From Botryllus schlosseri (taxonomy: Eukaryota), in NCBI GenBank assembly GCA_051294905.1, contig CM119373.1:3534001-3598000 (forward strand): a stretch of 64,000 bases of DNA, in the 5' to 3' direction. The notes below the pieces were generated by a model. The model was not told the origin of the DNA and did no database searches. It was given only the letters and a program-made list of their open reading frames with translations. The number at the start of each line of letters is the position of its first letter. Within the stretch, counting starts at the first letter, position 1. A program made the position numbers and the translations under genes. Positions 12,001 to 27,000 of this stretch are shown here, one piece after another.

Positions 12001-15000
12001 GGAGCTTAACAGTCTAAATATGATCCGCAGAATTGTTGATCGAAACCAGCCTTTACATTGAAACTTGACTCTGCATAGTCAATCCCTTACCTTTTTCACT
12101 TGACTCGAAGCAAATTCAGACGCAAGTACATCCCTGACGTCATCTGGCTTCTGTTTGTAGACCGCCATCAGTTGTGGCAGATGTCTCACCGGCGATCGCC
12201 GGTACAGGATTCGACTGAGAAATAATCGCATGGATTAAGGATTGAGAGAACGATTTCGTTTGGAAACGCCGAAAACACAGAAAAAGGACAATAATTGCTG
12301 GGCTGTAATGACGCGAGTCATGACTCGACTTGACTCGCGATCTTTTGCTGACTCGGACTTGTAATCGAGTCATTGTGCATGGCTCGAACCAAGTCAAACA
12401 TCTCGAGACTAGGACGGCCAAGACTGACATCTCATTGTAACTTCGAAGAATAGTTAAGTCACCGCATGATTGGCATTTCGTCTATCAGTCCTGATACTTG
12501 GAAATTAGGGCCAGAAACTGTTAAGAGTGAGGAAAATTACGATATTATAAACGAAAGTGGTTTAAACATGACTATAAGTAAAATTGACTTGTGACTCGGG
12601 ACCTTGTGACATGGTCACAACCCTGCATAATTACATCTTGATTGGAGACTGTAGATGCCTAGTTAAGTCTGGTGTCCAGCACTAATCACAAAGTAAAGGC
12701 AACCTGTGCATACACAAGTAACAGAAACTTGTAAAACCTCAAAACAAGAATATACAGCTACACAAAGACGCCATGCTCACTTGAAAATATCCAGGTTCCC
12801 TTTTTCGATGTAAGGTATCGTCAGCAAGTTACTCGGGTTATCAAACCAGATAGCTTGCGCCACCATCTGTACGATTTGCGTAAGTCTGAGTGTCGTGATC
12901 AACATGCCTTGGTCTGCGCTGATGTCAATCATGGCCTGAAAGAAACAAAAGTCATATATGCAACCTAATTTGCTGCATCGTCATGATGATTCTAATCAGC
13001 CGTCAACATTACCGGACCTCGATCTGACAAATATACCTTGCATATCGACACATGCGTTTTATGTTATCACTGACATGTCAAAAAAAGTCAAAACTTTTTC
13101 AAAATTGTAGCGTTAGGTCAACAAAAGGTCAAAATTGTTTACAAAGTCAAAATTTTTTTGCAACCAGCATTTCGTTTGTATAGCTGTTTGCACTGTGGGT
13201 GAACTTATCATTGATATTTTACAGCTTGTAGCCTACTTAATAGGCCTACCGTTGTAGACGACCCATCGTCTGTTCATTGTGAATCATAAACAACCAAATA
13301 AAACAGGTTGTCATGGTGTGATGCTCAACGTACCGCAATACTCAACTGAAGCAAATCTGCGGGAACAATCGGCATTGGTTTGTATATCAAGAACCGCATG
13401 ATGAAAAATTGTGATGTAGACAACATGGTTTCTCGCCAGCAGTGTACACACAACTTGAGTGTTGTCAGCCAACAACTGCTGCTGTTGAACGTCCTTTCTC
13501 CATTCTTGGCAAGCTACTTCGTAAGGACAGACACTTTCGACACGAGAATGTAGGAAAGTATCTTTCGTTGTACTACGACAAATTTTAATTACTTTTCCCA
13601 TAATGCGTGATATAACTACTGGAATTCTTCATATGTCCAGATTTATTCAAATAAAGTTTTTCATGTAAAAATTTGTCAGTTTTCAAGTCGAAAAAGTTAG
13701 CTCAGGCCTAACTACTTCGTAATGACACACAGTTCCAACCAGAAATGAAGATAAGTAGTACAATTCTAAGATTTTATGGGAAAACGCCTAATTTACATAG
13801 GTGAGGTCAAAATCTTACGTTTTCTAGGTAAAAAAAATCGCCGTTGATATCATTTGGTTGAGAACCCCTGCACGAGAGGAAGCGTGGCACTGTAAAAAGT
13901 GCATGCGCTAAATACGAAAGCTTACTTGCAAAATCCTGAACGACTGATCCAGCACCGATTTCAGGTCGGTAATGTAGTCGGAGGAGGGCATTTTGATGCG
14001 CGAAAAATGGGACTGGTACAAGAGATGGGCTTTGGTGCTTGACGAGCCAAACGTGTCCGGGTTGACTTCGAGAGGCAGATGCTCGGAGATGTTCCTGAAA
14101 CGTGTTGCACAGTAACAGTGGTGGCATGCTGCAGATGATTTTGTGGATTACTGAAATTATAGGCTCCTTGCCGATAAGAGTTGATGTATAAACTGGCATT
14201 ACAGTTTCGAAAATCTATTTCACTTGTGGAATGCTGTAAACCACGATTGGTCATATCACAGAATATGAAACATTGAGCAGTATATTCATATTGAAATAAA
14301 CTTAAATAAATTTTCGGCTGACACTCGTCAGGGGTAATCGTCGGCAACTAGTAGAGAATTGGAACTCTGTCAACAAAAGGAGTTCGCGTACCACCTCAAA
14401 ATAGTACATTGAACGCTGTCTCATTCGAAATTTCATGCTGGTGACGTCATATTTTGTGATACGATTGTTGATATACAATGTTCTTTCCAATCCTCTACTA
14501 GTTGCTGACGATTACCCCTGACGAGTGTCAGCAAAAAATATTCGGGTAATGTAAGTCCTTCTATATCACTCGAGCAGTTGAAAATGTGGGTTGAACGGGA
14601 TTGTACTCGAAAGTGAACGGTGAACACAATGACTTTGACTCGAGTCACAGCACTATGACTCGGACTCGACCCTCTAATCACTGACTCGAAATTGACTCAA
14701 CGGTGAATTGAAACTCGAGTCAAAACTATAAAAGTGAGATCGACTTGTGACTTGTGATTACAGCCCTGCTGTAAACAAGAAAGGTATAATTGATAGATAA
14801 AGGTTACATATCAAATCCACTGTTTCAACGTCTTCTGATATATCCACATTCACAAAGGGCAGGATTCTTATACTTGATTAGCTATACTTTGTGAGGTCTT
14901 ACTTGTTGATGATATCTTCGTTATGCCTGACTGGCAATTCGCTGTATTCTTTTGCGTCTGTGAGCATCTGAAGTATTTCTGAAATGGTAGCGCCAGGGCC

Positions 15001-18000
15001 CATTTCCTCGCATAACATCCTGCGAAATTCACAATAGTAGATGTATTGCGGTTTATACTGGACTGTTGGCTGTTATTTCGATGTTAATACGATGGCGCGG
15101 GCATGTGCTCTTCACAAAATCAATCCGTAACGCTCTATCACCAGTAGAATTTAAGATATATCCCGTTATATCAAAGGTGTTTTTGCAAGCGTTTGAGGCT
15201 AGTATGCAAGTCCGCAGGAATTCCCTTTCCGATTATCAGAAGAGGTCTTTATCAGCGTAGCCATACCTAATATTTCGTTATTTTATTGTTGATATACAGA
15301 AACTGACGAGAAACAATTTGGCTCAATTCGAAAATTTTTAATTCCTAAAAATTTTGTTCTTTCATTTTTCACTGGCAAACCCATGAAATTGTTAAGTTTT
15401 CTATGGAACGATGCTTAGCAAAGTAACGCATTCATAATAATAGTATTTAGGGTGTGTGGTTGCATAGTTATTATTTAAATAATCACCCACCCTAATCCGT
15501 AAATACTTTTTTGGTTATTCAAATCCAAAATTTTGTACCAAATAATTTCGCTTCTACTGGCTGGAATTGAACCAAGTTTTCTACGCATCGTCTTTATAGA
15601 CAAATTAACAATTTCACGGGGTTGCCAACGAAATATGAAAAACATTTTTGTCAATATATTTAAAATTTCCCAACTCTAAATGTTTCACTATGTTGGATTC
15701 GAATTGAGACAAATTTGGTGTGAAACCTAACAATTCTTTCGAATAGCCCGTAAAAATTTGAAGAAAATATTTATTTTCTTCTGGTATACTTTACACTCGG
15801 ACTATTACAATGCAATACTTACCTCACGGTGAGATGGCTTAGGTAGTAGTACGATGCGATCCTTCCTATGCTCGTAGGCTCGATCGTGATGTCATCGTCT
15901 TCATCTACGATGACGCAGCACGAGCGCTCGAGCTCTTTCACTTCCTTTTCGACCAAATCAGTGAGAAAATCATTGATCCGCTCGGTGTCTGAAAAGCAGT
16001 GTAGGAATAGGAGGACGTGGTATATATTTTTGTCCTTAATGTTTTTGCGGCATAGACAACGACACACGATCTGTGCATATGCATACCATGAGTACATGAT
16101 GCGCATATACCGCTGGACAAGGAAGGTGCAGATATAGCCTTGTAAGGCGTTTTAAGTCTTGCACCACCCTTCCATGCTATCCCGGTAATGCTGAGCGCCA
16201 AACGGGAAGGCTACAGAGACCAGTGTTACTAATCAGGTCTTTGGTCTGACCCGTTCAAGAAGCCCGACGCTCCAACAATACGCTATCTTACATGCATTCT
16301 GTGAGGACATATTCGGTAAACGTCATACTGGGGCTGTTTAACCTAGCTGATGACAGTTTCACCTATAAACTTTGTCTAAAAATTGTGTAGTGTGATGATG
16401 TATCTTCGCGACTAACACAAAATCTGCAATGACACTAGATTTCGGTGCTATTTTCCAAACCATATTCAGACACCGCAATACATGGCTTTTTATTCAGGTG
16501 GTGATGACAATTTCACTCATAAAAGGTTAAAAAGCAAGCAGTTTTGCCCAATGAAATTATTAAGTCAAAGAGGAAATAGCCGAAAAACATAACCACTCGA
16601 GCATATAGTTCAAGCAGGCAAACCCTACGATGAATACGATGATGAGTAGTACTTCATTAGTGACCAACATAAGTGAAAAAAATGAGTGGAAGTTATATGT
16701 CGGAGATTTTGCTTCTAGACTTCAAGTACTGCATGCATTGCAGAAAAAGGTTAAGTATTTGGCACATAACCAGGTGGGATACAACAATATACAGATATAT
16801 TTCGGTATGTGCTACCTGCAGTGTCTACAATAACCCTTGAGAAGTTTGAAATTGAAAAGATATGCTCATTTTCACACATCGCATTATGTTGATAGCACTA
16901 AAATGCATGTTTATGTTTTGATGCCTGAAAAGAGTCTAACCTCATACTACCATTACTACTGAAAACAAGGAATTTTCGACGCTACAAAATCTAAGAACGA
17001 ACAACATTCAGCAAAGATGTTGCTAAAACATCCTACTGCGTTACCTGCTTCGCTCTGCGCCGATGGGTCATCGAAATCTAACAATACATTTAATAATGTC
17101 TGTTGACTTAAGTAAATATCCCGTCGAAATAGACAAGAGAATTCAGAATACTTCAAGGCATAACAGTGCATCTTGCTACACAGTATACAGCATGACATAA
17201 AGAAACGAAAACTATGAAAGAAAACTAAAATATTTAAAATGTGTGGCAGAGCTACTGAGCATATTGGACGAAAATATTTTGCACCGGTACACTGCTATTC
17301 TCACATTAAATGTCGCGAACTGATGCTATTACTATTAACCTTGAGTTTCCGTGAGAAACAAATTACGTTATGAAAGTTAAAGATATTGTTCTTTTATTTT
17401 TCAGAGATGTAAAGCACTATTCAGATATTACATTGGTCACAGACATAGGTCTTGTCATTCTGGATGTTTCGGCATATCAAATGTTGCATACAATGAAGTT
17501 TTAAACCTGATTACTTTATTACATCAATTATTTCATTACTTGAAGTGGTTTGTCCACTTTGGCTTCTACTCAGGTTTGAGTACAATTTTCAGGGCATTCC
17601 TACTACTTGGATGGCATGAATGGCTATTCCGACCACCTCCCTGGGAGATTTATGGGCCATATTACAAATATTGGCGACCAGTGTACCCAAAAACACACAA
17701 AAATATGATAAATCCATGTTACCAGACCTTTCCTAACACCGAATGCGCTGCATGGTGCCCCCCCTATTCAGTTCCTATTGTGACCGGTCAGTAATATGAA
17801 CACATATAAGCTAATGGCTAATATGGTCCCTAAAGTATAACCCTTACCGATCCGTTCCAAATCGTAGTAGGTCGGATTCATGAGTAGTCTGCGGAAGAAG
17901 TAAGTCCACGTCAGATAGTCCAAGGCGTCCTGCTTGCTCATGATGGTGCCGGCGACTATCTCCGCGTTCAAATGGTCCGGAAGCACCTAATATAAAATAC

Positions 18001-21000
18001 AGAAATTCACAAAAATGTATGTTATGTTTAACCAGTACATAGAATTGCCAGACTTGTATAAAATATTGGGTCTTCATAATGAGCAACTAGAACTAGGACT
18101 AAAACAACTAAAAACCAGTAGCTAGCTGACCACCAACTAACTCGATTGGTAGTTTGCACAAGTTTGACTGTCGTAAACTTCTAGAGCTCCACAAGTCGAA
18201 AGATTTGATGCGACCTAAACTGTATCTACCGCCACCATAACCATCATATGGAAATAGACTGAATCGAGATTAGGTCACAAAGTGATGACCTTTAATCCTT
18301 TTCTTTAGCCCTTGATTTCCGAACTTTTGGGGATACGAGGTCAAAATTGTTTAGGAACCCCTAGTTTAGACTGGGGTTTTAGTTCAACTTGTGTTGCGCA
18401 ATGTGGATGAGCAAATTGCATGTCTTGAACATTCTTTAAACGGTAGTTCCAGTTCGAGTTGCGTTGTGCATGTGCAGTAAAAAGTGCACTAAAAAGTAGA
18501 GGTCGACCGATATTGATTTTTACAGGCCGATACCGATACCGATATTTCGACGCTCACAGGGCCGATAACCGATATCATAGGCCGATATTAATATGGAAGG
18601 AGCAGAGAACTATTTCGCCAAAATATTATATATTAGGCAAGGTGGCACTTGTTCATGCCACAGAAAGGTGAACAACAAACGAGAAAACTGAAATCGAAAA
18701 GACTTATTGCTTAATTGTGAACATTCGTTGAAATTTGGGATAACCCGAAAATCAAAACATGATACAGAATTGCAGATCAGTTCAGAAAAGGTTGATTGTA
18801 GTTAGATATAAAATATCGGTCGCGATATCGGCCTAGATTGGCCGATACCGATATTCGAGAAATTTCCAAATATCGGCGCCGATAATCGGTCGACCTCTAC
18901 TAAAAAGGTGCCTGCAAATCCATTTAAAATCCAAATCAGATTGTTCGTTCGTATATAATAAACCCGATTATCTTCATTTCACACACGTCAGGGGTAATCG
19001 TCAGCAACTAGTGGAGAATTCAAAAGAACTTGGCATATCAAGAATCGTATTAGCTTAAGCGGTATCTTCGCCTCGATTATTCGAAATTCTACGCTTGTGA
19101 CTTCATATCAGGTGATATAACAGTTGATATACAATGTTCTTCCCAATTCTCTACTAGTTGCTGACGATTACCCCTGACGAGTGTCAGCCGAAAATATTCG
19201 GGTTCATTCAAATATGAATACATCCTCTCAAAGTTGTGCAGTGCACTGAAAAGAAGATGGTGCGCACGGCACAATACCAAATAGCTTGAAAACACGCACC
19301 TCGAGCAGACTGGACTCCACCGGGAATGGATCGTACAGGAACTTCTTGTAAAAATGCTTCTTCACGTCGTGCACAAGAACCACCGCGACAGCGCTCTCGT
19401 CAAACTGAGGCCGACCGGCCCGGCCCATCATTTGCAGCACGTCTGAAATATGCCCCAGAATTGCAAAGTCTGTCCTCGATACGCTATTGGGTCGTTTATA
19501 GGGTTATACATTATCAAGTGTTATCAGAAGTCTGTGAATACACGATCAAAACCAACAGCATATTCACAAAGTGCAATGGAATGGGTATGATAAAATCTAC
19601 CACGTGGTTCATATTGCTATGTTGCAGGGTTGTAACCAAGTCGAAAGGTTCCGAGTCACAAGTCAATCTCACTTTTATAGTTTTGACTCGAGTCAAGTCC
19701 AGTCATTTTCAATTGACCACCGAGTCAAATCAGAGTCATATTGTTGTGACTCGAGTCCGAGTCCAAGTTATTGTGTTCATTGTCCAGTTTTGAGTTCAAT
19801 TCGGTTCAACCCACTTTTTTCAACTCTGCTCGAGTGATATAGAATTGGCTCGCATTCATAATATCGTAATTTTCGTCAGTCCTAACAGTTCCTGGCCCTA
19901 TTTTCCGAGTATCAGGACTGATAGACGAAATATCAATCATGTGGTGACTTTACTATTCTTAGAAGTTACAATGAAATGTCGGTCCTAGCAGTCCTAGTGT
20001 CGAGTCACATGACTTGGTTCGAGTCATGCGCAATGACTCGAGAACAAGTTGAGTCAGTACACAAATACGCATTTGAAAAAATGACTCGAGTCAAGTCGAG
20101 TCATCAAAAAATCGAGTCTGAGACGGACTAGACTCATTACCAACCTGCAATGACGATATAATCTGGAATAACCGACCCAAATTATGATATTACAGATAAC
20201 GTGATAAAACTTTATTGACCTTGAACTAAAAACTCTAAGGGCGGAGATCACAAACGTTGCTTATCTGGTAGAATGCTACTCATCTGAATAAAATAAAATT
20301 GGATGAGATTTCGCGCGAGGATTTTCGGGATTCTTCAGGTGAAACTTTTTATCCAGTGAAAAACTTACCATCACTGAATGTTTTTAATCAGAGGATTAGC
20401 ATTCTCCCGCGTACCCTGACTTTATGATCCCCGCCTGAAGATTGGTATTGGCATTTCATGAACCCTAATTTGAAAACCCCTAGTCTACGGCCGGAGTAAA
20501 TCGAAGAAAACCCTACGACCAGAAAATTCTGTCTCGATTTCGCGTACCTGTGATTGGGAAGTCGACGTATCTCTTGGTCTTCCCATCGAAATACTCGGTG
20601 CCCTTGACGATGACCAGATGGGCCGGAAAATTGACGCCCCAAGCGACCGTCGCGGTCGCGACAAGGATCTGAAAAGAAGAAATGGTTTTTATTACTAGGG
20701 CGATTTTTTTACCTAAAAAACGCAATTTTGACCAAATTTTGACCTCAAGTATGCAAATTAGTTGTTTTCGCACATAATGTTAATATTGTACTATTTATCT
20801 TCATTTCTTGTTGCAACAGTCTGTACTTACTAAGTTGTTTGGCCTGAAAAAACGTTTATGGCTCAAAAACTGATAAGATTTTACTTGAAAAAAAACTATT
20901 ATTTTAACGAAATCCGGCCCTATGAAAAATTCCAGTAGTTACATAACGTATTATGGTAGAAATAATTAAAATTGTTGTAGTACAGAAAATGTCTGTCCTT

Positions 21001-24000
21001 ACTAAGTAGCTTGCCAAGAAGGAAGAAAGAACGTTCAACAGCAGCAGTTGTTGGCTGACAGCACTGAAGTTGTGCGTACACTGCTGGTGACAAACCGCGC
21101 TGCTTCATTCTGACAATGGTTTCTGCATCACAATGTTTCATCATATGCTTCTTGATATAAGAGCTATGCAATGTCCACGCAGTCTTGCTTCGGTTGGGAT
21201 ATTGCAGTACGTTGAGCATAACACCATGTCAACCAACTTGTTTCATTTGACTGTTTATGATTCACAATGTGCAGACAATGGGACATCTACAACGGTAGGC
21301 CTGTAAAGTATGCTACAAGCTGTAAAATGTCAAATGATAAGTTCACCGACAGTACAAAATCTACGATACAAACAAAATGCAGGCTGTAAAAAAGTTTCAA
21401 CTTTGTAAACAATTTTGACATTTTTTGACCTAACGCTACAATTTTGACCTAATTTTGACTTTTTTTGACATGTCAAAAAAAAATTGCCGTAGTCATGACA
21501 AACACGAGGCGAGGTTGAATCTTGAAAAAGAGATCTGTCCGACCTCGGGGTTAAAATATCTCCAGTTACTAAGAGTCACGGACTCGCCTGTATTTTCTGG
21601 TTCACAAACAGCTCTTCGACCAGTGTCCTGTCCTTGTCCACGAGCCCGGCGTGGTGCAGTCCGATTCCAAACGCTAGCGTCAGACGCAGGTTACTGTCTT
21701 GCACGTTCTTCGTCAGTTCCTCCATCTAAAAAATCACGAGCGCAGAGACATGAGTGAAAAGTTATTCCATATTGGGTTTGAAGCGACAGGAAAAAGCAGT
21801 ATCTAAATCAGCTACTTTACGAGAGAAGGTTTTGACTGGCCCGTGAGGTAATTCTCGAAATTAGTTATATTATCAAAAAAATAAATTACCCAGGAAAGTT
21901 ATTGTGAGCTTGCAATACCAACCAAAAATTTGATGAATAAAATATCAGTTCCAACTCTAACGCATTGTCGTAGCCAGGGGCCAACCACATTTACGTAAAT
22001 CTTCGTATGTGACCATAAAGTAGAATATTTCGTGGCAGATTTATTTGACTTGATGTTTTTTTAGCGCTTCACGCGATTTATTGTCACTCGATTTCTTGCA
22101 ATTAGTATTGGTGCCCACCTGAACTTTACAGAATTAATAAACTATATTCACAATTATGAGAGAAAGTGTCGACCAACATGCAACTTCGTGCCTGCAATCG
22201 CAGTAACATCGTCGGCGACATCATTTTTGACCAAATTCATTCATTACGTTCAAACAAACTTAGAGCCCCGCGCGGCTAGGATATAAATACACCCAGAATT
22301 TTTGTGTCATAATTGTTCTAGATTTTCATGCGTAGTGATATCAATCTCGTTTTCACCGTTCACTCCTATAGGACGACCAAAAAATGATCATCAATATGAA
22401 AGTGGTCCTTCGGTCGGAAAGATTATCCTCCCCTGCTTTACATCCTTAAAATATTTCATTAATGTACACTGCCATACGTTTGTCCAACGTTTTCCCGCGC
22501 ATTGCATGATTCTGATTTTAATTGGTTTTCTTTGCTATGACTACCGCAAAAATACCAGTGTAAGCTGAATTGTTTTCCAAAAGTACATCGTTACGTCATA
22601 CTTTGCTGAATTGGTTTCCATTTGAATCTCTTTTTGTATGATTGTTTTTGCGCTGCTAATATTTGACAAGGCGGACACGAAAAGTCTTCAAGTAAAATAA
22701 ATTTTACTACAATGAATGCAGTCCTGAAAGCAATATTAAAGCCACAACGGTTACCTGCCATTCCACCATATGCAGCCATTGCTTCGGGTCGTCTTCAGCG
22801 GCCAAATATGCGATCAAGTCGAGCGCGGTCAGGCGAGTCTGCCGCCTTGACGCCACGAATATCAGCACCGGCTTGGCAGGGGAATGTGTGCGAATCGCTG
22901 TATGAAATCAAGGCATAATATGGTTCGGATACAGACAACGTTAAATGGATAAAGAAATAAATTAACAGTGGTTAGTATAGCGACTACAGAAAAAGTATTG
23001 TTGCAAATTCATGCTTAACTAGACCAGCGCTTCCCAACTTGCACTGCTATCTGCCAGTGGGCCGTGAAGCTATTTAAGGTTGGTAATCAAACAATTTCTA
23101 AATGACACACTTTCCTATTCAATTTGCCAAATATGCCATACACCTTATCTTCTCATGATTAGAGAAACAAATACACGTTCTCTACCTTTAAATTAAATTG
23201 CGTTTGTTGCCATAATCGTCGTTCCCAAGCTCTCAATAATTCATGAGCCATATTTTCGTGACAGTATTTTTGATTAGAGCGCGAAATTGGACAGGGTGTT
23301 ATTGCGTAGGTCTGAGAATCGGAATTAATTCCTTCCTCGTAAGGCTTTGAGAACATTTGATTGAAACGCAGCCATCCAACTATAATTAGCAAACTATTAA
23401 AGCAACTCAAGCTACTCAGAACCCGTCCGTGTTCGACATAAAAGACGAATTACTGATGGGATATGCACTTTCTCGTTTGCAATCATATGTAGTAAGTCTT
23501 GTCTGCATGAGACACTCGTCTCCCAAATTATCGCGCATTGTCACTTGCCGGCATACAGTTTAACTCGCTACTTGCACGACACGCCTTGAAATACGTTCTT
23601 ATACTTTTGGTCATATCTAGTTGTGGGTCGTACGATGATATTTGGGATGAAAAAGGTTGGGAAGCACTTGTTCAGTGCTAGACTGTCAAGTGAAAGTAGC
23701 TATTGCCAAAATACCACAAAACTACTTTTCAGTAAATATAGTCCGTGAAAGGTCTGATGTTGTGCTTAAATATTCAGTATCAATAAGCAGTCTGAAGTAT
23801 TCCAGCAATTTGAAATTTCCTGCGAATTACCCATCGTCAGAGAAATTCCAAATCCCCCCTGAAAGAAACTAACCGCCTTGAAAAAAATTTCAAACTTCCC
23901 ACCTTGAAAGCAGGGCTTGTTCATGGAAGCCATCCTCGGGCAGTAATGCTTCCCCGCGAAGCCGTGAATGTGCACGTCCATCGGTACTGGGCGTACGGAA

Positions 24001-27000
24001 GGCCGGAAATTGAATAATCCAAGCTGGAAATGAGGCGAAAGTTAATCTCTTGTAATTATTGCTAATTGGTCGATCGTGTTTGGGCATTCTATTCCGCTGG
24101 CCCAACTATAAAACCACTTTTCTCATATGTTTGAATAATGAAAACGCGGATACCTGTTTGATTCCCAGCCAATCTGCGAGGTCTCTCGCGTTCGCCAAAG
24201 CCGTGGAAAGCCCGACCACCCTCACAAATCTTTCGGTGTGGGACGAAATAAAATTTGTCCTCGACACGATGACCTCCAACACCGGGCCGCGGTCCTCACC
24301 TGAAAACGCAGAGTACTCAAAATGCGTGCAGCAACTTGTTTTGCGCATGCTGCATATACAATGGTTATGTAGAAACTACTGGATTTTTAAAATAAGCACT
24401 AGTCAATTTTCAAAACCCGCAGAAAGAATTGCAATCAGTACTACCCACTTTTCAAAACCCGCAAACGGAAATAAAACTAGAACCACTCCCTTTTCCACAC
24501 TCACACCTAGAATTAGAACTAGAACCACCCACTTTTCAAAACTCACAACTAGAATTTGCACTCAAGCTGCCCACTTTTCAATTCTCGCAAGTAGTATTAC
24601 AACTAGAACTACCCACTTTTCAAAAATTTACAACTCGAATAAGAATTAAAATAACTCACTCTTCTAAACTCACAGCTAGAACTATAATTACTCACTTTTC
24701 AAAACTCACAACTAGAATTTGAACTTAAACTACCCACTTTTTAATACTCGCAAGTAGAATTACAACTAGAACTATCCACTTTTCAAAAATTTACAACTTG
24801 AATAAGAATTAAAATAACTCACTCTTCTAAACTCACAGCTAGAACTATAATTACTAACTTTTCAAAAATCATAAATAGAACTAGAACTACTCACTTTTTA
24901 AAACTCGCAACTAGAATTAAAACTATAACCTCCCCCTTTTCAAAACTCACAACTAGAATTTGAAGTGAAACTATCCACTTTTCGATACTCGCAAGTAGAA
25001 TTACAGCTAGAACTACTCAATTTTCAAAACTTCTGACTAGAATAAGAATAAATGTATTATGGCACTGGATGAAACCAATATTCGATTTCTGTACCATGAA
25101 CCATCTATTTAGAAATTTCCAATGATTCCTTACCTAGTAAATGAATTTCGTCGATCACGATCAGCGCCACGCTTTTGACGTAGTTCCTGGTCTGCCAGCT
25201 TCTCGAAATTCCGTCCCATTTCTCCGGGGTGGTCACGATGATGTCGGACCTGGCCACGGCGCGCATGTCCGGGGCCACGTCACCGGTCAACTCCACGATG
25301 CTGTAACGGCCAGAGACTTCTAGCAACGACGTGCTTTTCAATTGCGTTCTACCGGTCATTATAATCATAGTGTTACAGTCAGACAAACTGCTGAGTTTTC
25401 CAAACGCGTAACTGGAACAACCCAATTTTCAAGAACTAGAGCTACAGACCATTAAAAATCCGTAACTAACCAACTAAAATATAACTACCTTGATACAATT
25501 TAGATTAAATCAGTACAATTTCGTAATGGGAGGGTTCCGACCCCCAAAACCCACTCCCTGTCTACGTCACTGTTAGCAGTGCTGACTCTGAGCTAGGAAT
25601 GACTTTGGAGAGTATATATTTTAAATGCACAACTGGTACTAGAACTGGAACCACTGCAAATTAAAAAAAAATTATTGCCCATCTCATGAAATTGCTAAGT
25701 TTTCTAGAAAAAGCGATGCCTAATAAATTTGGCTCAAATCCAACTAATATAAGCAGAGTTATTGCAGTATAAAAATTTTGGAATTGATATAATTTTACAG
25801 TATTTACAGTGGGCACTTCTATGATTAATAATTGAAGAATTTCACGCAGCAACTGCTATTTTTTCAAATCAAAAATTTTCTACTATAATAACTTCGCTTC
25901 TACCAGTTGAAATCGAGCCAAATTTGATACGCATTGCATTTTTTCAGACAACTTAATAAATTCATGGGGTAGCCAGTGAAATCTGAAAAATTCATTTTTT
26001 ATTAGTCAAATCCAAATTTTCTTCTTCCGTGTTTCCAATGGTCGGCGTTGAGCCAAATTTGGCATGCAGCGTTTTTTTTAGGCAGCCTCACAATTTTATC
26101 AGGTCGCCAGTAAAATTTGAAATTTTTTTCAACAATCCTGTTGCACAGACAATTGCGGAATACGAAATAAATACTCTTCCTCCACAGTACGACAGAGACG
26201 TACGTTTTACCGAGTCTCCGGCCGAATCTCTCCTGCCAGTCCGATATCCTCTCCCTCACCAGAGCCTTCATGGGTGCGATATAGACGGCTTTGCCCTTTG
26301 GCTGCGTGTCGAACATATGTAAAATCGCCAGTTCCGCAGCCACCGTCTTTCCAGACCCGGTAGGAGCACCTAGAATATTTACAATGTCAGAATGTAGTTT
26401 ACAGACATGCAAAATAGCCAGCTTTACCACCACTGTCTTGCTGGATACGGTCGTTATAGTTGGTTCTAATGGAGATATGCCTTATTTCGATATCTGCAGA
26501 AGATTGCGGTGTACCACATACTCGCACAAACCACCAATCTAGCTAGTTTACGGCCAATCAACTACTGTTTTTCGAGTAATTTTAGTTCTAGTTCTACTTG
26601 AAAAGTGAGTAGTTCCAGTCCGAGTTCTAGCTGCACATTTAAAAAGATAATGAGTTGCGCACAGCTAAAAAACAAGTGTCACCGTTTGGTGTGAATAGTG
26701 ATGCTGGCGTCCTACTGTGTGATGTCCTTGCAGCCATCGCAAGCTCAAAGTCATTACTACTAACACTGGTTTAGCCGGGGGGTGCGTTTTAGGGGTCGAA
26801 CCCCTTCCATTTCAAACTCAAAACCACGCCCTTTAGATATTCCACATTCGCAATTCAGGAATTGGTGTTATCCGTTTATTAGTTACTTAATTACAGATTT
26901 TTAAAGGCTGTTAGTTCTAGTTCTAGTCAAGCGTTTTGAAAATCCAGTAGTGTATCTACAAGATATGCTATATCAGCGATATTGCTATAGCCTCAAAATT

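Noticed and set aside
14281-14550. Inverted pairs of the ctagttgctgacgattacccctgacgag core as possible structured ncRNA
   Set aside because: The same arrangement recurs at several loci and is best explained as the long TIRs of a foldback MITE
16290-16460. TGATGA boxes suggesting an intronic C/D snoRNA
   Set aside because: No properly placed CTGA D box or terminal stem seen
19326-19837. 155-aa and 88-aa plus-strand ORFs
   Set aside because: Antisense shadow of exon 22 plus R1 MITE sequence; the MTRVK/TRVKS peptides recur wherever R1 occurs
24059-24722. 196-aa and 97-aa plus-strand ORFs with TTHFSK / LELPTFQN repeats
   Set aside because: First part is antisense to ASCC3 exon 17 and the rest is read-through of a stop-poor minisatellite; no splice or start context
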